Made by a program: the position numbers and the translations under genes. From a candidate division FCPU426 bacterium (GTDB lineage: Bacteria > Oederibacteriota > Muellerivitia > Muellerivitales > Muellerivitaceae), in contig CAWCKJ010000004.1 in the NCBI GenBank assembly GCA_963796105.1, forward strand, positions 512,001 to 576,000: 64,000 bases of DNA, written 5' to 3'. Positions 1 through 9,108 of this stretch are shown in pieces; the stretch's first letter is position 1, and each line of letters opens with the position of its first letter. The notes under the pieces are model-generated. The model saw nothing but the letters and a program-made list of their open reading frames with translations, searched no databases and was not told the DNA's origin.

Positions 1-1296
1 GTGGGAGTGTTCCAGCAGGAGTTGGATTAATTGATGGGTATTAGGTCCAATGGCCTGGGCCTGTTTGAGGCACCATTGTGGGGTTCGTTCCAAGAAGACC
101 GCTTTTTCAGGGGGATAGTGGCCCGGGTTGGTGCGCCAGGTTCCCTTGCGTGTGGCCTTGGCGTGGGAAGCCACGCATTCGTGTTTGAGAAATATATCAA
201 CGGTGGTGTCGGTTAATTGGGCCAGTAGTTTTTGGCCCCGAAGACGGTAGGGAGCCGAGTAATAGGAACCTTCCACGACTACGTGGCAATCGGGGTGCAG
301 AGTGGCTTCTTTGAAGAAAGTTGGATGGTAAGCCGCGGTAGGCAGGGGCAAAAGGGCCTTCTGTTCCACGCTCTGGAAGACGGCCAAGGGTTGAAGCCGG
401 GTGGTGCCATGATCCCGTAAACCTGCCTTGTTCATCACCCAATCGCGGAGTTGATGGTTGGCATCGGTGCGGCCCTGGAAGGAACGACCCTTGAAGAAGG
501 AATTACGGACATAGGGCACGCCGCGTTCAACTTTACCCTTGTGGCGTGGAGTGGCGACGCGGCAAGGGGAGATGATGAAGCCGTAATGGTTGGCGCATTC
601 CACGTAGGTACGGTTGGCCAAGGGATCATAGAGGGCCGCCTTGACGATGGCGCTTTTCAGGTTATCGATTACGATTTTTTTAGGGACTGAATTGAAGAAC
701 TCGAAAGCCCGGCGGTGGCAGGCGATCCAGGTTCTCACGTCCTGTGCGAATACAATCTCGGCGTACATATGCCGGGAATGGGAAAGGGTCATCACGAAAA
801 CCCAGGCCTTGGCTTGCTTGCCACGCGTCTCGTCCCACAAGCGGCCCAAAAGCCCGAAATCCACTTGGGCCTCCTCGCCGGGCGCAACCTCCAGCCTCAC
901 GTAGGCGGGTTTCTCATTGCGAAAAGGCTCCGTATACCTCTTCAGGGTCGAGTAACTCCCCTTCCACCCGTGCCGCTCTTGAAGCATCTCCTGGATGCGA
1001 ATCAAGGTGAAATCTTCCTTCAACCATTCTTGGATGATTCCCTTGAGGGCCTCCAAGGCATGAGCGGGAACGGGCGTGGATTTTTCGCCGTCTTCCCAAG
1101 CCTTCGCCAAATCCTTTTCCAGGGGAAGTTCCCCTTGGAGAAAGCCATGTTCTTTCGCCCAACGCACGTATTGCTTGACCGTGTGCTTATTGCATCCCAG
1201 GGCCCGGGCAGTGGGTTTGAACCCGCCCAAGGCCTGGTAAGTCCTCAAAATCTCACGAATAGTCGTCATGTCGCTCTGCCTCCCTTGTCGGGTCAT
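1..1296 (-). CDS. istA: IS21-family transposase IstA, 3'-truncated by the window edge (not in the ORF track)
   Basis: Manual translation from ATG 1296 (RBS GAGGAG upstream) stays open to base 1: MTRQGRQSDMTTIREILR...PGEEAQVDFG...VMTLSHSRHMY...IVIDNLKSA...KGKVERGV...HGTT...HPDCHVVVEGSYYSAPY. This gives an N-terminal HTH and the DDE triad. Confidence 0.93.
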   Translation of the reverse strand, partial: MTRQGRQSDMTTIREILRTYQALGGFKPTARALGCNKHTVKQYVRWAKEHGFLQGELPLEKDLAKAWEDGEKSTPVPAHALEALKGIIQEWLKEDFTLIRIQEMLQERHGWKGSYSTLKRYTEPFRNEKPAYVRLEVAPGEEAQVDFGLLGRLWDETRGKQAKAWVFVMTLSHSRHMYAEIVFAQDVRTWIACHRRAFEFFNSVPKKIVIDNLKSAIVKAALYDPLANRTYVECANHYGFIISPCRVATPRHKGKVERGVPYVRNSFFKGRSFQGRTDANHQLRDWVMNKAGLRDHGTTRLQPLAVFQSVEQKALLPLPTAAYHPTFFKEATLHPDCHVVVEGSYYSAPYRLRGQKLLAQLTDTTVDIFLKHECVASHAKATRKGTWRTNPGHYPPEKAVFLERTPQWCLKQAQAIGPNTHQLIQLLLEHSH

Positions 1297-1357
1297 GCCG
1301 TTCTCCTCACATGAAGTGAAAAAAGAAAGGAATGACGGTTAGAGAGGCCCTTGGCAA

Positions 1358-1459
1358 GGGGGTCAAAGTCGGTGGCCAGACAGGGGGTCAAAGTGACTGG
1401 CCAGAGGTGGGGTCAAAGTGCTTGGCCAGCTAGGGGGTTAAAGCTCGTGGCCAATGACA
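1358..1459. repeat. IS21 terminal repeats: 4 x 22-bp GGGGGTCAAAGTnnnTGGCCAG at 25-bp period, ending in TGACA
   Basis: Copies at 1358, 1383, 1408 and 1433. Multiple transposase-binding repeats at the ends are typical of IS21. Confidence 0.9.
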
Positions 1460-1499
1460 ATTGTGCCAAACCTTCAAATCCTGAAACCTGCGGGCAGGG

Positions 1500-1828
1500 A
1501 TGTGGGCGGGTTATCTCCCTTTTCGACAGATGTCGCCGGAAATGAGGGCGGTTTATCTCCCATACCGGCAGATGTTACTGGAAATGTGGGCGGTTTATCC
1601 CCTTGCCGACGGAAATGCGGGCAGTTTATCTCTCCTGCCGAAGGATGTTCCCGGCAATGTTGGCGGGTTATCCTCATGTTCCCGGAGCCGGATTGTGCCA
1701 ATCGTGCCATGACCATAGGCGTCGGCCCTAAAAACCCCCCATGTTCATAGGACCCGGCAAAATGACCATAGGAGGCCTCAAAATGTTCATTGGGGTCCTA
1801 GGAGCAGGTCCGTGGGTCCCAGGAGCAG
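1500..1828. repeat. Degenerate compound tandem array with 42-bp and 21-bp periods
   Basis: Core ATGTGGGCGGTTTATC-like at 1500, 1542, 1584, 1615, 1657. ATG(AC/TT)CAT(A/T)GG at 1709, 1741, 1762, 1783. GGGTCC(T/C)AGGAGCAG at 1793 and 1814. Confidence 0.85.
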
Positions 1829-2839
1829 AATCCGGGGGACCTATCAGCTTGAGGTCGCGGGTATGGACAAAAGCGGATGTGGCTTTATCAGGGGTAACAA
1901 TTGGCCAAAACCCAAAAGTGATGAATGTTCAAATGCCACCCGCTGCGGTGCGGGGGGCCAGGCCCCTTTTTTGCTGACACATGCCCACAAGAGCAAGCGA
2001 GACATGTTCCCGGGGTGGGTATTGATACTGATCTAAAGTGTAAAATGTAGCCTTTTGTCCCAGGGACCCAGCTAAAACTATTTCCACTTATACTTTTCAA
2101 ACCAGGCAAAAGGAAAATCTTGGTTAGAGAACCTTTAAAGATAATGATTCCCTCTAATAGGTGCCGAACACGATGCCTGCGGAATTCACAGTAACACCAG
2201 ATTGGCCTAAAAACTCTACTTCGAATACCCCCCATGTCCCCCAATTAGGCCAGGTATTTCCCGGTGGTTTGAATTTCCGGATTCGAATATCTCCTTAATT
2301 CATCACGGCTTGTTTATTCATCTAATTCGGGGTTGGCTACTCTTTCCCTTTGGTTTTGAAATGTGAAAAATCCATTACCCAATCCCTCATTGGCCGGCGT
2401 TTTAGCCACCTGAAGGCTTGGCTGGTATGGTAAAGTTTTTATCGGAGGGCTAATAATTCCCTATCAGGTTTTCTTCTATTCACAAGGGCACGGATGAATG
2501 AATCTCCAGGGTAACGGCGGCACAAAATCGCAAACCAACAACTCCGCTTTGCGCGAACCAATAACGAAACACGAAGGATAGCATGCACAAAATCTTAAGA
2601 TTTTTTCAGGATAAGCCTTTCTTGTCCTCCTTCCTCTTGGTTCTTTTCCCCATAGCCCTGTCTTTGGTTTTGTTCAGGCCGTATTTTTATAACATCGATG
2701 ACTCTTTGATCCTTCTTCTACTCAAGGGTATGGGAATAGCCACCTCTCCCAGCGAAATGGTCCAATATGTTAATGTGCTCCTTTGCTGGGGCCTGTCGTA
2801 TCTCTACCAAATATTGCCGAATTTACAATTATATAGCTC

Positions 2840-3827
2840 AATGCCTCTCCAAACGGTACCTGTTGAAATAAAGGAATACAGGAGTATACTCATTGTTGGA
2901 GGGGCAAATTATGAACTACCAACGGATGAAGGGGATTGAGATTTTCAAGGAAATCGATACAGAAGAAAAGGCACGTCAATGGGTGTGGAAGAGCCGTTTT
3001 GCCGGAAAAGACTTTGTTTGCCCACAATGTGAAGGAGAAAGTTTCTGGCAACACAAAAACCGCCCCGAAGTGCGGGAATGTGACTATTGTCGAAAGCAAA
3101 TACGGCTTCGAGCCGGAACGATCTTCCGGAAATCCAAGATCCCAATCTTAACCTGGTTGAGGATGATTGGATTGGTGATGCAAGGGAAAAGGGGCATTTC
3201 AGCCCTGGAACTTCAGCGGCAATTGGGAATGCCCTCCTACGATACCGTTTGGAGGATGTTGCATAAGATTCGGGAAAGTCTTCGACAAAGGGATGAAAAT
3301 TACCAACTCAAGGAAATCATTGAGTTGGATGGGGCTGTATTCGGCAAGAGAGAAAAGGAAAACCAGGCTGAAGTGCTGGTGGCGGTTGAAAGCAAAGAAT
3401 GGATAGATGAGAAAGGGCGCAAAAAAGAGAAAGCGGGTTTTGCAAAGATAAAGGTGACCGCAGAAACCAAGTGGGAAGCCCAAGCATTCGTCGATCAAGC
3501 AATCCAGAAAGGCGCCATGATAAACACGGATGCCAGTCCCAGCTTGAGAAACTTGGAAAACGTGGATGTGGAGTACCAGGTAACAGCCAATGACCCAGTG
3601 GTGTTAAATCACTGGTTACCTTGGGTCCACCGATTCATTTCCAACGCCAAGGCTTGGATCCTAGGAACCCATCATGGAGTCAACGTGAAATATCTGCCTG
3701 GATACTTGAGCGAATATACTTATCGGTTCAATCGTCGCCATGACCCAGATTCCTTATTTCACCGGGCCTTAACCGCTTGCGCTTTGGCAAAACCCATTAC
3801 TGCGCAAGCGTTGTTCGGATAGGCATG
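2840..3827 (+). mobile_element. IS1595-family element (ISSod11-like group), 988 bp, with 8-bp target site duplication
   Basis: TATAGCTC at 2832-2839 and 3828-3835. Imperfect 15-bp inverted repeats AATGCCTCTCCAAAC (2840-2854) and GTTCGGATAGGCATG (3813-3827). Confidence 0.93.
2893..3822 (+). CDS. IS1595-family transposase (true start probably ATG 2911 or 2926)
   Basis: Zn-ribbon CPQC...CDYC, HTH (GISALELQRQLG), catalytic region ELDG / NTDAS / LPWVHRFISNAK, C-terminal YLSEYTYRFNRR. Confidence 0.93.
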   Translation: MLEGQIMNYQRMKGIEIFKEIDTEEKARQWVWKSRFAGKDFVCPQCEGESFWQHKNRPEVRECDYCRKQIRLRAGTIFRKSKIPILTWLRMIGLVMQGKRGISALELQRQLGMPSYDTVWRMLHKIRESLRQRDENYQLKEIIELDGAVFGKREKENQAEVLVAVESKEWIDEKGRKKEKAGFAKIKVTAETKWEAQAFVDQAIQKGAMINTDASPSLRNLENVDVEYQVTANDPVVLNHWLPWVHRFISNAKAWILGTHHGVNVKYLPGYLSEYTYRFNRRHDPDSLFHRALTACALAKPITAQALFG

Positions 3828-5526
3828 TATAGCTCTTTCCAAGTTCTAACGCTCTTCCTTTCTTTTTGGGCCATCCTGGCTTCCATTCTATTGGGTCCCC
3901 ATGGAAGCTTTAGAACAACGCTATTCCTTTTATCGTCTTTGGGTATGGTTTTCCTTTTTTTCTCATTGTTGCAATACACTCAAACAGCTTCCATGGCCGC
4001 GATAGGAAGTATTTTTCTTTTAGCCAGTCTTTGGAATTCGGAAAACCCGAAGCACCAATACAAAATATTTGTTCTTTCTTTCATTTTGATTCTTTGTTCC
4101 ATCACGCTTCGGGCGGCCTCATTTTCCCTAATCCTTTTGACAGCCATACCTTCCATTGTTTTTCTAGTTTGGAAAAAAGAAGTGACTCCTATTCGTAAAT
4201 CCATTATCCGGTTTCTGGGGTGCACTGCCGTGATCGCGCTCGGGGTTATTTCTTACCATCACTATGTTTACAACAACGATCCAGCTTGGGCGGATTATCT
4301 ACAATTCGAGGCCCCCCGGACGAAATTAAGCGATTATCAGGATCCCGTCTATGATGAAACCACCAAGCCTTTATTCGATACCATTGGTTGGACAAAAAAT
4401 GATCTGTATATGTTTCAATGTTGCGTTTATATGGACAAGAACGTTTATACCTACGAGAACCTTAAAAAAATCGCAGATTACATCCCTAGGGTAACTTTCA
4501 ATAAGCACAAAGACTCTTCCTCCTTGGCTGTTTTTACCAATAAATCCGTTCAAACCGCTATTGTGTTTTTCTTGGCGTTTCTTTTATTTCTCCCCGCGGG
4601 AAGGCGACGTTTAGCCGCGGTAAACGCAATATGGGTTTTCTTCATTCTCTTATTCCTATTGCTTTACCTCAAAATCCCAGAGCGCGTTTGCCTTCCCCCG
4701 ATATTGTTCATTATGTACATGAACCTCTTCGGGACCCATCCTCCGGGACAGGATTCGGGTTCCGGAAAGTCCTCGACCGTTTGGGGGTCCAAGGCGAAAT
4801 ACTCACTGGTTATTTTGGCGTTCTTGTTTTCTTTTCTTCTGGTTCAGGACGTCTATATCGTCAACCGTCAGAAAATTCTCGAGACTGGCGTCCTGAATGA
4901 ATCATTGAAAGGCATCCATCCTCGGCAAAACCAATTGTACGTGAATTTGCTTTCGTCATTCCCTTTCGAGTTGATACCGGCTTTCGACAGCTTTGACGCG
5001 CTGCGAAACATCAATTTCATCCAATTGTCCTGGAACCAACGCTCGCCCACCACCGAAACCATGCTGGATAAATTCAATATCCACAATTTGTTAAAAGACA
5101 TGGTCGATAATCCGAATTTCTTTTTAGTGGTCTTTTCGGACACGAGATCGCCAACCATCCCTAATTTTTTGGCTACCTTGCGAACCTATTTGAAGGAAAA
5201 ATATTCCATTGAAACCTATTTAGAGCAGGCTTATAAGTGCCCGGTTTTTTGGCTGATCCGGTTCCACTCCGGGAATATCCCTCCAAGCCGAAAAGCCATA
5301 GAGGTTCAAAGCAGGTAAAAGGGGAAATTCGCTCTAGAGAGCCTTTAAATAAAATGATTTTCTTCTACCGGCATCCCCCTACTTTCACCATTGGGACGCA
5401 TCCCCATCCCGTTTTAACAAATTCTGACCACCGTCATTTCCTTCATCAAGCGAAAGCGAACATATGAACTTGATTAAATCAAAACATCCCAAGTTATAGC
5501 ACTTTCTCGTCCTATATCTTTTCGTT

Positions 5527-5535
5527 TGCTATAAT
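5527..5535 (+). promoter_or_regulatory. Extended -10 promoter (TGCTATAAT), probably leaderless
   Basis: Perfect TGnTATAAT ending 7 nt before ATG 5543; no Shine-Dalgarno. Confidence 0.6.
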
Positions 5536-5542
5536 CCTCCCC

Positions 5543-7463
5543 ATGGCCAATCAATCCTTCCAGCAGGCGCGGCCTCAATCACATACGCGGGGTTCATTAT
5601 TCACGAATCCCTGGTCTTGGGCCCTTTTTTTCAGCTTCATTCTACTTGTCCTATTAAGCGCGCATTACATCCAAGATCCAGAATCTCGGTTTCCACCTAA
5701 AGGGTGGCCAGTGGATCCTGCAAAACCATTGCGTCCCTACCAAAGATACTTACACCTATACGGTTCCCGACCATGATTACATTGACAGTCATTGGCTTTA
5801 CCAGGTTTTTCTTTACTCGCTTTACTGTGCCGGCAGTTATCCCATACTGACCTTATTTAACATTCTCTTGTTAATCGCGGTTTTTTCATTCGTATGGTTC
5901 CGCCTCCGGTTGACCGGGGCGCCTTTCTGGATGTCCACGCTATTATTCGCCTGGGCTATTTGGGAATGTGAAATCCGCTTCCAGGTCCGGCCTGACATCC
6001 TCAGTTGGCTGCTGATGAGCGTAATGCTTTGGATATTAGAGCAAAGAACCTTTCAAAAAAAAGACCTTCTTTTCATGCTCCCTATTATTCAAGTGCTATG
6101 GGTAAACACGGAGGGCTTATTCATCCTGGGATTAGTTCTGATGGCGGTTTATTTTTTTTCGGATCTTTTACACAAGCATCGGCCGGACAAGAAAGCCTTG
6201 CGTTATTCCTGCCTTTCAGCCTTTCTGTGCCTGGCAAACCCATATTTTTTCCAGGGGTTGTTATTCCCCTTCAATCTATGGAAAACTCTTCATTCCAATT
6301 TAATACAGCCCAATATCAGGGAATTCATGTCACCCTGGATCCGTTTTGGTTTTTCTTCCATGCCGGATTTACAGCTTTGGGGATACAAATTATTTAGTTT
6401 ATTCCTGTTTATCACGCTGTTAATGACCCTCAAAAAAAGAAAAACCCACGAGTTCCTCACGGCTTTTATTTTCTTTATTTTATCCGCGACAGCTGTCCGG
6501 AACATCCCTCTTTTCATACTTACCTGCGCGCCAATTCTAATGAATTGTTGGAAAGATTTGGAATGGGCCTGGATAAGGGACTTCCAAAATAAAACATTAT
6601 CAAAGGCATGGGCCGGGTTATGTTTTTTGGGCTTGATAATCGTTTTATGCGCGAGGGTTGTCACGAATGCATATTACTTGGATGACCTCAGGCCGCCCCG
6701 CTTTGGAATCGGGATCAATGACGAAGACCAGCCCGTTCAGGCAACTTGTTTCCTGGCCGCGAACCATTTAAACGGGAGGATCCTAAATTCATTGAATACC
6801 GGAGGTTGGCTGGACTGGGATGGGCCCTCAAAAACATTCATCGACGGACGCCTGGAGGTGATGGGGGAAAGTTTATTTTCCGAGTTCATCTCGTCTGAAT
6901 ATCCCGGAAAGGTGGCGTCATTGGCCGACAAATACGCCGCCGACATCATTTTTTTCAAGACATCGGATTGCATGCAATGGGTTTTCGACCTTCAAAACAA
7001 CACCAATTGGCGGGCGGTTTACATGGATGGCGAATACGTGATTTACCTCAGGAAAAACTACGCGCCCTTGGTGGAAGCTTTGGACGACGCCCGGATCATG
7101 GCTGAAAACAAATTACAGCCCCTGGACGCGAATCAAGTCTTTGACCTATTGCGCTTGCCCGTTCCTGCCTCCGGGAGCTTGTTTTTAAGAGGCTTTTACG
7201 CGCCGGCGGATTATCCCGAGAGGCTTGTCAACATGGGGACTTTCTATTTCGTGTGCAATCATCCAAAAGCCGGCGAGGCGTTTTTCCTGGAAGCCATCCG
7301 CCGCTCGGGTGGTATTTACTCAAATGTTTATTACTTACTCGGCGTCTGTTATTACCAATATAAACGCTTCGAGGAGTCCCGGTTCTGCCTGGAGAAAGTC
7401 ATAAAAATGGATCCGACCAACCCGTTGGCCCGCCAGCTTCTCGGAAAACTTCACCCCGGATAA
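5543..7463 (+). pseudogene. Polytopic membrane protein with C-terminal TPR, paralogue of 12994-14907, with a +1 frameshift near 5682 (real lesion or sequencing error)
   Basis: Deleting one A in GAAT (5681-5684) gives DPDLGFHLKGGQWILQNH, matching DLDLGFHLRGGQWILQNH of the paralogue, and joins ORFs 5543 and 5868. Confidence 0.85.
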
Positions 7464-7615
7464 ACGCCATAACATTCAGGAATTTTTCCACCTTCCCATG
7501 GCCAAAAATTCAACGGATGAATTGAATTTCCGTAAAAGGGGTCAGTCATTAATTAATAAGGGAGAAGACCCATACTTTAGAAAATAATTCCTATTTTGAG
7601 CGGAGAATAATTGCC

Positions 7616-8185
7616 ATGCCTCTATCAATACCAGCGCTTCTAATCATTGATGTGCAAAAAGCCATTGACCATCCGAGTTGGGGGCACAGAAATAATCCCG
7701 AAGCCGAATCGCAGATAAGCGGGCTTTTGGCAGCTTGGCGCAAAGCTAATGGCCCGGTAATTCACATCCGTCATTTCTCCAGCAACCCAAAATCAACCTA
7801 TAGACCCGGTCAGGAAGGCTGTGAATTCAAGGAACTGGTACTTCCAATGTCGGGAGAACTGATCATTACGAAGAGTGTTCAAAACGCGTTTATCGGAACT
7901 GACTTGGATACGTTTCTTCGTTCGCGGCAAATTTCAAGCCTTGTCATATGCGGTGTTATCACCAATAACTCGGTAGAAACGACTGCGCGCATGGCTGGCA
8001 ATCTTGGATATGAGACTTATGTCGTAGCTGACGCAACCGCCACATTTGACAAAATCGACTTCAATGGACAGCTTCGATCCGCCGATGATGTGCACGCCAT
8101 GTCACTAGCAAACCTTCGCGGAGAATACGCCACTATTCTTTCTTGCGCACAATTGTTGGAACGTTTTAGGTTAATCCCCTCATAA
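7616..8185 (+). CDS. Isochorismatase/cysteine hydrolase family protein
   Basis: ALLIIDVQ, VIHIRH, ITKSVQNAFIGT, GVITNNSVETTAR and VVADATATF motifs; RBS GGAG. Confidence 0.9.
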   Translation: MPLSIPALLIIDVQKAIDHPSWGHRNNPEAESQISGLLAAWRKANGPVIHIRHFSSNPKSTYRPGQEGCEFKELVLPMSGELIITKSVQNAFIGTDLDTFLRSRQISSLVICGVITNNSVETTARMAGNLGYETYVVADATATFDKIDFNGQLRSADDVHAMSLANLRGEYATILSCAQLLERFRLIPS

Positions 8186-8303
8186 AAACCGAAAACGGGT
8201 GCGAAAAGCCATCTTTAGGCGTTATTTGCCGATTTCTGACCCTTTTCCTGAAATGAGTCCACAATGGGGGAGGTGGTAAGAGGGATTTAAAAGGTGGCTA
8301 GTC

Positions 8304-8726
8304 ATGGCAACGGTATGGGCGTTTTTTCTTTCTTTGGTTGCGATGGTCGGCTCGTTTATCGGCTGGGTTTTCCTGAACATGCAAAAACTTTATAAAAAAG
8401 AGAACATCGAGAGGGCCCAGAAATTTTACGAGGAAGGCGAGGCCCACTTCGCGAAAAAGAACTACAAGGACGCCAAGTGGAATTACGCTTTGGTCAGCGA
8501 GTTTTACGGCAAGCCCCATACAAACTGGCTGGACCTGTCGGTTGAGAAAGAGTGGATCTGCCGGGCCTACCTGAACGAATGGGCACCCTCCAAGGGGCCT
8601 TCCTATGAGGATATCAGACTGACTCAGCCTAAGCTCTACGCGAAATACAAGCCCACCCTCGACCAAGTCACTCCGGTTATGCCCGTCAAAAAACCAAAAA
8701 AGAAAAATGACCGCCGCCGGAAATAA
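8304..8726 (+). CDS. Small membrane-anchored protein with one TPR-like helix pair and a basic tail
   Basis: N-terminal hydrophobic helix; AQKFYEEGEAHFAKKNYKDAKWNY; RBS AAGGTGG. Confidence 0.7.
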   Translation: MATVWAFFLSLVAMVGSFIGWVFLNMQKLYKKENIERAQKFYEEGEAHFAKKNYKDAKWNYALVSEFYGKPHTNWLDLSVEKEWICRAYLNEWAPSKGPSYEDIRLTQPKLYAKYKPTLDQVTPVMPVKKPKKKNDRRRK

Positions 8727-8733
8727 AGTCGTG

Positions 8734-9026
8734 ACACAACTTTATCAAATTTTTTGGAAGTTGGTTCTTCCCCCCTCTGAAAGAGGGGGATTAAGAGGAA
8801 GTTAGATTTGTTTCGGGGTTTAGCAACAACTAATACCCCCCTATCCCCCTTTTTCAAAGGGACTTATTTACTTCACTCCCGAAAGGACGATATGCCCGCA
8901 AATAAACAAAAAACGCCTGAAAAAAAGAAGGCAAAAGAAGGAAAAGGGAGTTAACTATATAAGCCCCTTTTCAAAGGGGGGGATAGTTATCTAAAGCATT
9001 CCTTTCGGAATTTGCCAAAGTTGAGT
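8734..9026. repeat. MITE/REP-like intergenic element
   Basis: Imperfect 18-bp terminal inverted repeats (8734-8751 and 9009-9026, 15/18 match) enclosing three CCCC-TTTTCAAA-GGGG-type palindromes. Confidence 0.55.
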
Positions 9027-9108
9027 TCGTGAGTAGTTTTTATATCCCCAAACGAAGTGGGGATAAGGTTAAAATCGGATTCTTGAACACCCCCTTTGGA
9101 GAATCCGC

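Larger units (their letters stand above)
1..1459 (-). mobile_element. IS21-family insertion sequence, left portion (runs off the window start)
   Basis: On the minus strand the element starts TGTCA at 1459, followed by four subterminal repeats and then an IstA reading frame. Confidence 0.92.
2583..5318 (+). pseudogene. Polytopic membrane protein (putative GT-C-like glycosyltransferase), interrupted by an IS1595-family element
   Basis: Removing 2840-3835 joins ORF 2583 in frame to ORF 3777 (...QLYSSFQVL...), giving about 579 aa with many TM helices and a DD motif after TM1 (YNIDD). Confidence 0.85.

Noticed and set aside
31..1314. Plus-strand ORFs (451-690, 715-1314 and others) as genes or a long non-coding region
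   Set aside because: They are antisense shadows of the minus-strand istA frame.
1358..1830. CRISPR or other guide array
   Set aside because: The 25-bp units have only 3-nt gaps and are IS21 ends. The 42-bp units have degenerate repeats and mutually similar spacers. No cas-like gene is nearby.
1888..2244. 118-aa minus-strand ORF
   Set aside because: No recognisable motif or convincing RBS; AT-rich intergenic character.
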